Source: a virus
Taxonomy: Duplodnaviria; Caudoviricetes
Virus record (IMG/VR): IMGVR_UViG_3300033463_005840
Span: 32,001-96,000 of that record
Length of the DNA stretch: 64,000 bases
Direction: 5' to 3' (one strand)
Part shown: positions 49,746-59,721 of the stretch, piece by piece
Layout: every line of letters starts with the position of its first letter
How positions within the stretch are numbered: position 1 is the first letter of the stretch
Made by a program: the position numbers and the translations under genes
The notes under the pieces: model-generated
Seen by the model: the letters and a program-made list of their open reading frames with translations, nothing else
Told to the model about the DNA's origin: nothing
Database searches by the model: none

Positions 49746-49938
49746 AGGAATTATTTTATTTTCATTGATTTTATTATTAGTTTCTTGTAAAACAGAGTTA
49801 AGGAGTTCTGAATGTGTTTGGTATAGGGAGCCTTCAGCAGAGCAGTGCGAGAAACTTTATTCAGTTGACAAGGATTTGTTTAGAACTTGCACATTAAATA
49901 AGATGGACTATAATGAGTTTTGTACGTCTAAAAAATGA
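49738..49938 (+). CDS. lipoprotein, o-spanin (Rz1)-like
   Basis: Signal II MFKGIILFSLILLLVS|C; further Cys residues. Confidence 0.55.
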   Translation: MFKGIILFSLILLLVSCKTELRSSECVWYREPSAEQCEKLYSVDKDLFRTCTLNKMDYNEFCTSKK

Positions 49939-50018
49939 GAAATGATAAAAATTGATTCGCAAGATGCTCTCTCTTTAGGGTGGCAGTAGCTTATATTTAA
50001 TTTTGCAGGAATGATTTT

Positions 50019-52904
50019 ATGGCACAGGGTGTAATTAAATCTAAAATATATATCCCCTTAGAGGATGTTAAAGATTTTGAAGCTCTTAAACGAGCTTATA
50101 CAGTAGACGGCAAAGATGAGGTAATCTGTAATCGCTGCCAATATAAGCATGATGAATTAATGTGTAGTGTGTGTCCAGCAAATAACGCTATAATTAATCT
50201 CTGGGGAATGAAAACCATTAATGGGTTTGATTATGTTACCCTACCCGCCGGTAATCTTAAAAGAGTCACTAAATATACGGGAATAGACTTCAGCTCTTAT
50301 AAAGATTTGAGGTGCGAAGCTAAATTTGACTATCCGATAAAATGGACGGGCAAACTTAGAGCCGGAGAGGAAATTGATGGGATTCCGACTGCGAATCAGC
50401 AAGAGATTGTTGATACATGGTTAAGAGAGGATAAAAAATACGGGTTTATATGCGCCCCGCCCAGAACGGGGAAGTGCCTTTGTGGTAATACTTTAGTTAA
50501 TACTCAGGATGGATTTTTATATCTTAATGAATTTATTAAAGAAGATGGTGTTTCTCCGTTAGTTAAAAAGATTAGTTCTTTAGATGGAGAAGAGTTAACG
50601 GAATTTGCTTATAAGTCTAAAGCAAAAACTATTAAAATTAAAACAAATAGAGGGTATGAATTACAAGGAACTTATGAGCATCCTGTATTGACGCTTCAAA
50701 GGGATTTAACTTTTGCTTGGAAATGTTTGCAAGACATTCAGATAGGAGATTGTATAGTTGGTAAACCTAAAAATCAAAAACCTATATTTGGGACAGATAA
50801 CTCTGTTAAGCTAGATGAAGCTATCTTATTGGGGTATTTTTTAGCAAACGGACGGTGCAATATCATACATTCAAAAGATTTAGATGTTATTAAGCAGGTC
50901 CGACTAAGTTGTAAGAATCTTAATTTAGAATTTTGGGAAGGATTTAAAGCGAGTGAACCTTCTCAAAAAGAGATACATATTTTAGGTTTTTCTGAGAGAT
51001 TAAAACAATTAGGATATAAAACAGGAGCACTTAATAAAAACTTAGGTAAATTAATCCGTAGTTCCTCAAGAGAGATAATAAAAGCCACATTGGAATCCTA
51101 TTTTGAGTGTGATTCGAGTTCTAATGGGAGTTTTATACAATTAATTTCCGCCTCGGAAACCTTTGTTAACCAACTCCAAGTCATCCTTAATTTAGGCTTC
51201 GGTATATCAGGCGAAAAATTCTCTGTTAAACGCAAGCTCCGTAATAAGGACAGGGAATACTTTGGGGTTACTATCACAGGTGTTGACGCTCATAAGTTTT
51301 GTTTGGAATTTCCTAAAGCAAAGGTTGTGCGTAAATACAAAGACCGTTTTAGGAGAGATTATTATAATTATCAAGAATGTAAAGGAAAGAAGTTTATACC
51401 TTTTGTTTATGCCTATTTTGAAAAATTAGCGTCAGAGACAAAGATAAATTTTGGCAAGCATTATTTTCCTAAATCTGGTTATAAAGGGTATTTATCTCTT
51501 TCTTTTGATTTATACAGAAAAAATATTGATATGTTACTATGTCATATAGATAAATGGATAAAGTGGAATGAGAAAAAATTAAAAGATATTGATTTTAGTT
51601 CTTATGAAAAACTAAAAAGAGTTTTAGAATTATCTAATGATTACCAGATTATTACTGATAAAAACTTTATTGATAGCGAATCAGACGTTTATGATTTACA
51701 AGTTCCTAATAGTCACTCTTTTATAGCAAACGGATTAATTTCACATAATTCAGTTTTAGCTGTGAATCTTTGCTGTCAAATGGGCTTAAAAACGCTATTC
51801 GTTGTTCATCAATCCGAACTTCTTGATAACTTTATGAAGTCTTTTCTTCGAGATACTAATCTTAAAGAACTCCAATTTGATACCGGAAAAGAATTAGTTA
51901 AGATAATTGAGAGCAAAAAAGACCTTGAAGACCCTTCAATTCAAGTGGCAATGATAACATACCAAAAATTCATTCGTGAGGGTGCATCTCAAGATATTAC
52001 CAAGTTTCTTAAAGGCAAATTTGGTTTCGTCATTATTGACGAGGCACATCAGGCGGGTGCTATTGCGTATGCTAAGTTTCTTTCGCAGTTAGATTGTAAA
52101 TATCGTCTTGGAATATCAGCAACGCCAATGCGTAAAGATAGTTTGAATTATGTTTTGTTAAATCTTATCGGACCCGTGACAGTAAAATCTAATGCGGTCG
52201 GCATGATTCCAAAGGTAGAAATTGTTGAAACCGCTATCTCTTATGATAATAGTAATGTGTTTGCTCATTTTGTTAAAAACATGACCGAATGTAAAGAACG
52301 CAATGAGTTATTGGTTAATGAGGTTTTCGAAGATTTAAAAGAGCATAAGTGCATACTGATTCCTGTTGATACTGTTAAGCATATGAACTGCTTAGTAAAT
52401 ATGATTAATAAAAGAGCCGGAGATGACATTGCTCTAGCCTTTTATTCAAGAACAATGAATCGTGCTAATATTATCAAAGATATTGATGCCGGTAAATACA
52501 GAGTGGTTGTAGCGATTAAATCTATGATTAAACAAGGTATTGATTTAAAGCTTCCGACAATGATATACATCCAGATATTAATGTCTGCAAAAGATAATAA
52601 AGTTGGGGCTCCAATGTTTTATCAGATGGGGAATCGTGTTTGTACGCCATACACCGGTAAAAGACAACCGATTATTAAAATCTTCTTTGACCCTATGCCA
52701 ATCAGTTATCTCTGTTTTAGGAGTATATACTCAAAAGAGATTCTACCACACACAAAACCTAAAGACGGTGAAGACAGACCGAGATATTTAATATCAGATA
52801 AAGCTAGGAAATATGCTAGAAACGTGTTGAATAGAATTGCAAGCAAGCAGTACACACAAGAGAAATTTTTTAATCCCGACAAAGAATCAGAAAATTCCTC
52901 TTGA
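50019..52904 (+). CDS. superfamily 2 DEAH helicase with intein
   Basis: APPRTGK|S Walker A, TYQ, IIDEAH, SATP.RKD, QGID. Confidence 0.88.
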   Translation: MAQGVIKSKIYIPLEDVKDFEALKRAYTVDGKDEVICNRCQYKHDELMCSVCPANNAIINLWGMKTINGFDYVTLPAGNLKRVTKYTGIDFSSYKDLRCEAKFDYPIKWTGKLRAGEEIDGIPTANQQEIVDTWLREDKKYGFICAPPRTGKCLCGNTLVNTQDGFLYLNEFIKEDGVSPLVKKISSLDGEELTEFAYKSKAKTIKIKTNRGYELQGTYEHPVLTLQRDLTFAWKCLQDIQIGDCIVGKPKNQKPIFGTDNSVKLDEAILLGYFLANGRCNIIHSKDLDVIKQVRLSCKNLNLEFWEGFKASEPSQKEIHILGFSERLKQLGYKTGALNKNLGKLIRSSSREIIKATLESYFECDSSSNGSFIQLISASETFVNQLQVILNLGFGISGEKFSVKRKLRNKDREYFGVTITGVDAHKFCLEFPKAKVVRKYKDRFRRDYYNYQECKGKKFIPFVYAYFEKLASETKINFGKHYFPKSGYKGYLSLSFDLYRKNIDMLLCHIDKWIKWNEKKLKDIDFSSYEKLKRVLELSNDYQIITDKNFIDSESDVYDLQVPNSHSFIANGLISHNSVLAVNLCCQMGLKTLFVVHQSELLDNFMKSFLRDTNLKELQFDTGKELVKIIESKKDLEDPSIQVAMITYQKFIREGASQDITKFLKGKFGFVIIDEAHQAGAIAYAKFLSQLDCKYRLGISATPMRKDSLNYVLLNLIGPVTVKSNAVGMIPKVEIVETAISYDNSNVFAHFVKNMTECKERNELLVNEVFEDLKEHKCILIPVDTVKHMNCLVNMINKRAGDDIALAFYSRTMNRANIIKDIDAGKYRVVVAIKSMIKQGIDLKLPTMIYIQILMSAKDNKVGAPMFYQMGNRVCTPYTGKRQPIIKIFFDPMPISYLCFRSIYSKEILPHTKPKDGEDRPRYLISDKARKYARNVLNRIASKQYTQEKFFNPDKESENSS
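50475..51749 (+). mobile_element. LAGLIDADG-type intein (425 aa) in helicase Walker A
   Basis: CLCGNT..GTYEHP..LGYFLANG..LESYFECDS..VYDLQV..NGLISHN|S. Confidence 0.9.
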
Positions 52905-52959
52905 ACTTAAAAATTTTTTTGTATTTATATTAAAACACTAAACCTTTTTAGAGACACCA

Positions 52960-53487
52960 ATGGCAAAGAAAAAGACAGAACTTAAAGTAACAGAAGAAAT
53001 ATATTCAAATGTCACAGAAACAGTCGTTAAAGACCTCGCATATTCAGTGGACTCTCAGATTGCAATGTTTGAGAAATGCTTACAAGAGTTCGGAACAAAA
53101 CCGTTTATTTGCGGTATTTCATGTGACTATGATTATAGATATGCTGAAAAAATGGCTAAACAAACGTTTAATTTTTTGGTTGATAAAAATTTTAGACCTT
53201 ATTATTATAAAGTTTATGACCGTTTGGCAGACATATCTTTTCAAGACAATATTAACACTTATGGTGTACCGGACTGCTTGTTTCTTGCAACCTATTGGGA
53301 TAATATGCAATTAAAATATTATGATAAGTTAAGGGAACTGGTTACGATGTATGGAGAAAATATTCCGATTTTCATCCTTAATACTGGAATGTCGGCACCA
53401 GACTTTATGAGAGAGATTGTCAAGCTTCCTTTAGACGCATTTTTGTGTTTAAATTCCAAACATTATGGTATCGCTGATAATTTGTGA
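52960..53487 (+). CDS. hypothetical protein (possible helicase-loader-like)
   Basis: Directly upstream of DnaB; function suggested by position only. Confidence 0.5.
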   Translation: MAKKKTELKVTEEIYSNVTETVVKDLAYSVDSQIAMFEKCLQEFGTKPFICGISCDYDYRYAEKMAKQTFNFLVDKNFRPYYYKVYDRLADISFQDNINTYGVPDCLFLATYWDNMQLKYYDKLRELVTMYGENIPIFILNTGMSAPDFMREIVKLPLDAFLCLNSKHYGIADNL

Positions 53488-53498
53488 GAGATTAAAAG

Positions 53499-54890
53499 AT
53501 GTCCAAACTTACTAATTCATCTTTGGAGTTATCTTATTTAAAAGCGATTTGTGATATTAGCGAGAGAGATAAGGGAATCGCTTGTGCGATGCTTTCCGTT
53601 CTTGACGATTCTTATTTCTTTTCTCCTGTTTCTAAAATCGTTTTTGAAAAGCTGCGTAAGACTTATGATAAGACAGGCAATATAATTAATTTTGATTTGA
53701 TTGCCACCGACACAAATATAAAAGACGAAGATAAGGACATTATTAAGAGTATTGATAATGTTAATATCAATGAAAAGAATTATCGAGAAGCTTTTAACAA
53801 TTTAGATATTTTGCGTAAAGGCAGAGCCTTGCAAAGTATCGCTCAATCCATTAACGACAAGTTGTTGGCAGGTGATACCACCAATCTTGAAAAACTTTTT
53901 AACGATACCGTTAGAACACTGACTAATTCACAGACCGCCAAAGAAGATGAAGATTGTTATACGATTATTGGCAAGGGCGAGAATTACGATGGAAAAATGA
54001 TGAAGCTGTTATCAGGACAAGCTTTAAAATTTATGCCTTCTGGGTTTAATGGTTGGGATTCAAGGAATAATGGTTTGCCGTTAGGCAAACTTGGTATTGT
54101 TGCGGCAACATCCGGTGGTGGTAAATCGTTAATGGGTATTCAACTGGCTCTTAATGTTGCTAATTATGGGAATGCCGTTTGCGTGGTGCCTTTGGAAATG
54201 AATAGTATTGATATGCTACATCGTATTGCGGCGAATAAAACTCATTTAACAATGTCAGAGATTGCCAAAGGTAAAGATATTGACAGAGAAAACAGACTAC
54301 GTGCTTTTAAGGCTTTAAAAGCTTATTCAAAAACCTTAGAGAATAAAAATGCCTCTATTACAATATATAATCCGAAAGACGACTTAGATATGGAAGGCTT
54401 ATTGCTAAGGCTGGACCAAAAGCGTTATGATATGGTCATCATTGATTATATCGGATTGTTAAAAGGGTTTGAAGGTGACAATCAATGGCGTAAGATGAGT
54501 GAGGCTATGAGAACCGCAAAAGTGTGGGCTGAAAGCCGGATGACAACCGTTATTGTTATGGCACAGTTAAACGATGATATGATGTTAAAATTCAGTAAAT
54601 CAATGAAAGACCATGCCGACTTAATGTGGAGCTGGAATCCTGGCAAAATATCTCAATTAGAAAACGGTGAGGCCATTATCAGGATAGAACCACAAAAAGG
54701 CAGAAACCAAGAACAAGCTGTTTTTTATCTTCATTCGTCTTTTAAAAAGATGCAGATGTATGATGCAACGCCGGATGAGATAACGGCGTATGAAACAAAA
54801 ATGAAAGCCGCAGGTGATGGCAAAGGCTTTAATAATGCCAGAGGCCAAAAATTTATTATTGATGGAGGCAAAAGCAAAATCAAAGTTTAA
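53499..54890 (+). CDS. dnaB: DnaB-like replicative helicase
   Basis: AATSGGGKS, PLEM, IIDYIGLL, MAQLN, HAD, KGRN. Confidence 0.9.
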   Translation: MSKLTNSSLELSYLKAICDISERDKGIACAMLSVLDDSYFFSPVSKIVFEKLRKTYDKTGNIINFDLIATDTNIKDEDKDIIKSIDNVNINEKNYREAFNNLDILRKGRALQSIAQSINDKLLAGDTTNLEKLFNDTVRTLTNSQTAKEDEDCYTIIGKGENYDGKMMKLLSGQALKFMPSGFNGWDSRNNGLPLGKLGIVAATSGGGKSLMGIQLALNVANYGNAVCVVPLEMNSIDMLHRIAANKTHLTMSEIAKGKDIDRENRLRAFKALKAYSKTLENKNASITIYNPKDDLDMEGLLLRLDQKRYDMVIIDYIGLLKGFEGDNQWRKMSEAMRTAKVWAESRMTTVIVMAQLNDDMMLKFSKSMKDHADLMWSWNPGKISQLENGEAIIRIEPQKGRNQEQAVFYLHSSFKKMQMYDATPDEITAYETKMKAAGDGKGFNNARGQKFIIDGGKSKIKV

Positions 54891-54970
54891 ACGATATATA
54901 TATTTACAGATAATGTGATAAAAAGATTTCACCATTTTAGGGTGGGAGTATATTCATTTAGGAAAAACTT

Positions 54971-55303
54971 ATGCTTAATACGATAGTTACAGAAACCAAA
55001 ATTTATAAAAGCTGTCAGAACGTAAGATTCGCTCTTGTTGATTCAAGACAAGCTTTTAATCTTGATGATGCGACCCAGACCAGTAAGACTTTAAAACAAA
55101 ATGAAATATTTGCAGTAAATAATTTCAAGTATCTGCATTTTCATTCTGATAATTCCATTATATTGTCTTTGGTTGGGGATAATGATAATACAATGACATT
55201 GACGACAAAGATGCTGACTTTATATAACGAGGCGAGCATCAATGCTGCAACGATTACGAATACTAACGAGAATCCTGCAAATATTTATGTCGTTTATGCT
55301 TGA
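54971..55303 (+). CDS. small hypothetical (likely virion) protein
   Basis: Late motif at 54897. Confidence 0.6.
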   Translation: MLNTIVTETKIYKSCQNVRFALVDSRQAFNLDDATQTSKTLKQNEIFAVNNFKYLHFHSDNSIILSLVGDNDNTMTLTTKMLTLYNEASINAATITNTNENPANIYVVYA

Positions 55304-55315
55304 TGGAGATTTTTA

Positions 55316-55588
55316 ATGGATTACGATTACGGCGATAATTGGCATGACTTAGCTGATAAATGCAAGCAACGTTATAATTATATCTGTCAGAAATGTGGAA
55401 AGTCTTTTAAAGAAAATAAAATCAAACTTCACGCTCATCATGTGATACCCTTGTCAAAAGGCGGGCGCAACGTTCTTTCTAATCTTATAGCTCTTTGTGA
55501 AGATTGCCACAGTAAAGTCCATAATAAAGAAATTATTACATCAAGACGCAGAGGAAAAAGCAATGCCAAATCCTTCAGAAAATTCTGA
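55316..55588 (+). CDS. HNH endonuclease
   Basis: CQKCG..HAHHVIPLSKGG.N..SNL..LCEDCHSKVH. Confidence 0.9.
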   Translation: MDYDYGDNWHDLADKCKQRYNYICQKCGKSFKENKIKLHAHHVIPLSKGGRNVLSNLIALCEDCHSKVHNKEIITSRRRGKSNAKSFRKF

Positions 55589-55880
55589 TATTAACTTCTT
55601 ATTCAAGTTGTTGGATAAACAACAATCACATTTAATAACAGAGCTCCAAGCAGAGATTGTGACTGTAGACGCTGCGTTTAATGCTGTTGACAAATACGAC
55701 CGTATTTATTTCAGCAATCTTCCGGCCTCAGTAGACTTTAAAGCAACATTGGCAGAGAATTTACTGAACTTATGCGGGAATTTCGGTGTTAAATGCAATC
55801 TTTGGAGTCTTATAAAGAATAAACATAAAAACATAATTCCGGTGATAGATATTTGTGTTAATAAAAACAATTTCATTTAA
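55563..55880 (+). CDS. hypothetical protein
   Basis: GAGGA RBS before ATG 55563. Confidence 0.55.
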   Translation: MPNPSENSDINFLFKLLDKQQSHLITELQAEIVTVDAAFNAVDKYDRIYFSNLPASVDFKATLAENLLNLCGNFGVKCNLWSLIKNKHKNIIPVIDICVNKNNFI

Positions 55881-55895
55881 GAGGGAATTGAACTC

Positions 55896-58800
55896 ATGGA
55901 TTTTAATCCTTTAGAAACAGACATAAACGAAAACGTTTGGAAGTTATTAAAAGACGCTTCATTAGCTATTTTTACGGCTTTTAAAAAAGAAACGGATGAC
56001 TTAGGTGTTATAAGAACTTACTCTGTGTCAGACTTTTCCGAATTAAGTGGCAATTCCGTTATTAATTGCCTTTTGTCGAGTTTTGAGTATGAGGTTGAAT
56101 ATCCTGAAAACATGATGAATTGGAAAGTTAAAAGTGTTTTCGGTAAAAAGAAAGATAACGTTGAAAAGCTCTTTAAAAAAATATTCCCTGACTTTATTCT
56201 CCCTTCTTATACAAAGAGCATACAAATCAACCCTTTGAAAGACATTACCTTTGTCCCCAGAGTAGACATGAAAGATTATGAGAGTCAAACACTCACAATT
56301 AAAGATTTGAATAATATTTTTAAATCACGTTTGAAAGACGAAGACTCAAGACTTTCCTTCAAATTTTATTTGAATAAAGAAGAGGTCGCGTTTAAAAATA
56401 CTGATATAAATAGTGGAATAAATCTTATCGAGAACAATACGGTTATTTTTACCATAAAGATTAATGTCTTTTTAAAGAGCGAATCTGATATGGTTAAATT
56501 TGTGACGAACTCAAATGTTTTATGTTTACCTATATATAAGCAGTTTATTGCAAAACAACTTAGTTCCTTACAGCAATATACGGATAAACCGTTTAACCAG
56601 ATGAATAACATCCCTGTTTATGATGTTAAAGCTTTCGACTATACGAATAAGTTTATTCAATTATATGAACAAGGCAAGATTTTTTGGGTGCCGGATTGTG
56701 ATTTGCTTTACGCCGATTATATTAATAACTATAATCTTATGTATAATGCGGACAGCAAGACCATAAAAGAGGGGATTCCTGAGGGCAATATTAATAAAGT
56801 TCTGTATGTTGATGGTGTTACCAAAACCCTTGTTTATACAGATGAGCAAGCTAATATATGTTCTTTTTCTTTTTATGGGGGAGAGCTTTTAGGTAAAGAC
56901 GTACCGCCAAAAAAGCCAGAGTCTTTCGATAATTTTATGAAAATCGCTTCTCTTGAGTTTGGTCTCTTAAACACCTCTTACGAAAATCAGATATTAAAGA
57001 TTTATGAGAACTTCTCGGTTTTAAAAATCAATGTTCTTTTAAAATGCGAAAATAAGTATTATTTGAAGTTGGAGTATGACAGGATTAAAAATGTCATTCC
57101 TTTTTACGACAAAGAACCTACTCTTAAACTGGATAAAGATTTAATTAAGCCTCCAAGATTCAATCTCGGCAGATTACCTGTTATTTATAATACTTTCTTT
57201 ACGGATTTTTCCAAGAATAAAGTATTGTTTGATTTTGACTTGTCTTTGCGAGACACCTTCTTTATCAATCATATCTATACATTGTTAGCGAATTATATTA
57301 TTAAAAGAGCGGTCATTTTAACAAATGACACTTCAATTTTATTTGAAAAGCTTACAACAAAAGGGGTCAATCCGTTTATAATAGACGAAGTTACTTTACC
57401 AAATCTTATATCTGTATTAAAAGACGGAATCATTGATTATATAAAGCAGCTTCCAAAAGAGGTGATAATCTTAATCAACCCCTCGATATTTTCTGCCGAG
57501 AATATAACTAATGTTAAAAAAGAACTGGTCGGCAATAAACCTGCTTACAGACATTTGGTTATTGAACTGCTTTCAAAGATGGATTACGATTATTTTGTTT
57601 ACTACCAGACTACGATAATCAATGAGTCATCCGAGACGGTTTTATGCTTAAAGGAATTATTTAATGTTGCTAAATACCGTTATATGTGGTCTCACTCCAA
57701 CTTTAACATTAAACTCTTAGGTGATGGTTATTCTGATTTCAAGACCAAAGAGATTGTCTTCTATGAGCTTGAGTATGAAAACGTGCCTGTTAAGCTTGGG
57801 GATAATAAATTAAAGTTTTATGCAGAAACATTAAAGAAGATTGCTATTGATATTATTAATGATGAAAATTATCACTCTTTGGTGGAAGAGTCGGATTTTA
57901 ATAAACGTAATTGGAAGATAAACAATTATCTGTATAATCGTTTATCTTTGCCATTAAACTTTATTAATAACCCAAATGATAAAGACTATGTTTATGTGGA
58001 ACAGTTTGACCAAGAGGACTCTGGCCTTATCTCCGATAAAGTTTTATTTATAAATCAAATAATATACGCACATACATACGGCGGCCTTATTAATAATGTT
58101 AAACGTAACACGGTTGCCGGCAAGATTATGATAATCTGCAAAGACCATACGACACGCCAATATCTTAAAGAGAAAATCAGCGCTTATGGCAATAACGATA
58201 AAATCATTCTGGAGATTGCGGATTCGTTTATCGCTTCTGCCGATTATACGGATGCTGATGTTTATATCATATATGATACCCCGTTTGACTCTTCTTATCT
58301 CAATAATATCATTAATGCCATTCAGTATCAGAAATTAAACGGCTTATATGATTATAAGAAATCTTATATATATACGCTAACTTATGAAAATACTTTAGAA
58401 ACAACTATCTTGAACGACAATCTCAATTATATTTTGTCACAGGGTATGAATCATAATTATAATGATTTGTTTTATACTGATGAGAAAGATTTTATATCGC
58501 AAGACATATCTTATCAGAGTATAGATGCGTTAAACGCTCTGTTATATAAAAAATATACGGACTCCAAAGATGTCATTGAATCTTATAAAGAGTTTATCTT
58601 TAATAAATTTTATGCTACTTATACGGATGCAGATGTTATTGAGGTTACGACCGTTGTACCGACAGATGACTCTTTTAATCCTCCGTTACCTGATTATTTT
58701 TACCCGATTAACGAAGAAACTTTCATTACCGATAATGGTGTGAAACTGGATAGCGTTTACACTTTTAATTGCTTAGACTTTAAAGGCAATCCCCTTTATA

Positions 58801-59585
58801 AAGAGAATTATAAGGTGGAAATTAATGATACGGTATTCACGGAATATGGTAATGCGGTTTTAAAAAGCGTAAATGACTGTTTTGCCTTAGTTCAGTTAAA
58901 AGATACGCAGATTTCGCTCCGTAAAGACAAGATATTTACGGCATTGACACAGAAGCTGAATCCGGATTTCGTAAAGATTAATGATTATATGATTAAGTTT
59001 ATTAAGAATGATGAGATTGTTGATAATGAGGCCAAAGAGGATGAGTGTATAGAATTGGATGCGGCAATTGTTGATGGTTTCCCCACATTATTAACTTTTA
59101 TTCAGGATAAGGATAATGAAAAATTATCTGCCTTTGACTTTAAGTGTTTAAAGAATATCTCAATGGCTAATATAATTAACCTTAACGATGCTAACCTGAT
59201 TCTTAATACCATAAAGAGTTACGTTTCAGAAGACCGTTTTAATTATATGCGTGGAGTCTGTCTTAAATTCTTTAACGGAGAGAAAATCAAACTCCCGCAG
59301 AAAAATTCGTTTTATAATCAATTCGGGGAAACTCTTACAGTCAGTATAATAGATGGTAAATTATATTTTGTGTTTAATTCGGAGGCTAAATATGCCGGTA
59401 AGATTAAAAACAAAATGGATATTGCTTGTATGTATATAAAAACGTTTACGAATTTGCAGGATATAAGATTAGAAATTTATCGCATAAACAAATTTTTAAC
59501 TATTGTAAATATAAACTCTTTATTGGAAAAACTTTCAAGAGACTCTTTCAAAAACTTGTTTGAATTTAAGCCCTTTAAAAGTTAA
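55896..59585 (+). CDS. large protein with degenerate SNF2/helicase-C-like segment
   Basis: GKIMIIC..ADVYIIYDTPF....IYTLTYENTLE; no recognisable Walker A or DExx. Confidence 0.55.
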   Translation: MDFNPLETDINENVWKLLKDASLAIFTAFKKETDDLGVIRTYSVSDFSELSGNSVINCLLSSFEYEVEYPENMMNWKVKSVFGKKKDNVEKLFKKIFPDFILPSYTKSIQINPLKDITFVPRVDMKDYESQTLTIKDLNNIFKSRLKDEDSRLSFKFYLNKEEVAFKNTDINSGINLIENNTVIFTIKINVFLKSESDMVKFVTNSNVLCLPIYKQFIAKQLSSLQQYTDKPFNQMNNIPVYDVKAFDYTNKFIQLYEQGKIFWVPDCDLLYADYINNYNLMYNADSKTIKEGIPEGNINKVLYVDGVTKTLVYTDEQANICSFSFYGGELLGKDVPPKKPESFDNFMKIASLEFGLLNTSYENQILKIYENFSVLKINVLLKCENKYYLKLEYDRIKNVIPFYDKEPTLKLDKDLIKPPRFNLGRLPVIYNTFFTDFSKNKVLFDFDLSLRDTFFINHIYTLLANYIIKRAVILTNDTSILFEKLTTKGVNPFIIDEVTLPNLISVLKDGIIDYIKQLPKEVIILINPSIFSAENITNVKKELVGNKPAYRHLVIELLSKMDYDYFVYYQTTIINESSETVLCLKELFNVAKYRYMWSHSNFNIKLLGDGYSDFKTKEIVFYELEYENVPVKLGDNKLKFYAETLKKIAIDIINDENYHSLVEESDFNKRNWKINNYLYNRLSLPLNFINNPNDKDYVYVEQFDQEDSGLISDKVLFINQIIYAHTYGGLINNVKRNTVAGKIMIICKDHTTRQYLKEKISAYGNNDKIILEIADSFIASADYTDADVYIIYDTPFDSSYLNNIINAIQYQKLNGLYDYKKSYIYTLTYENTLETTILNDNLNYILSQGMNHNYNDLFYTDEKDFISQDISYQSIDALNALLYKKYTDSKDVIESYKEFIFNKFYATYTDADVIEVTTVVPTDDSFNPPLPDYFYPINEETFITDNGVKLDSVYTFNCLDFKGNPLYKENYKVEINDTVFTEYGNAVLKSVNDCFALVQLKDTQISLRKDKIFTALTQKLNPDFVKINDYMIKFIKNDEIVDNEAKEDECIELDAAIVDGFPTLLTFIQDKDNEKLSAFDFKCLKNISMANIINLNDANLILNTIKSYVSEDRFNYMRGVCLKFFNGEKIKLPQKNSFYNQFGETLTVSIIDGKLYFVFNSEAKYAGKIKNKMDIACMYIKTFTNLQDIRLEIYRINKFLTIVNINSLLEKLSRDSFKNLFEFKPFKS

Positions 59586-59721
59586 ACTGTTTGGCTCTGT
59601 TTAACAATAGTGTTGAATTTAATTCTCCTTAATCAAATTTTTTGTTAAAGAAAAGTGTTGATTTACTCTCATTCTTTTAATACAATAAATAATAGGAAGT
59701 CAAGAGAATGAGAGGCTTATT

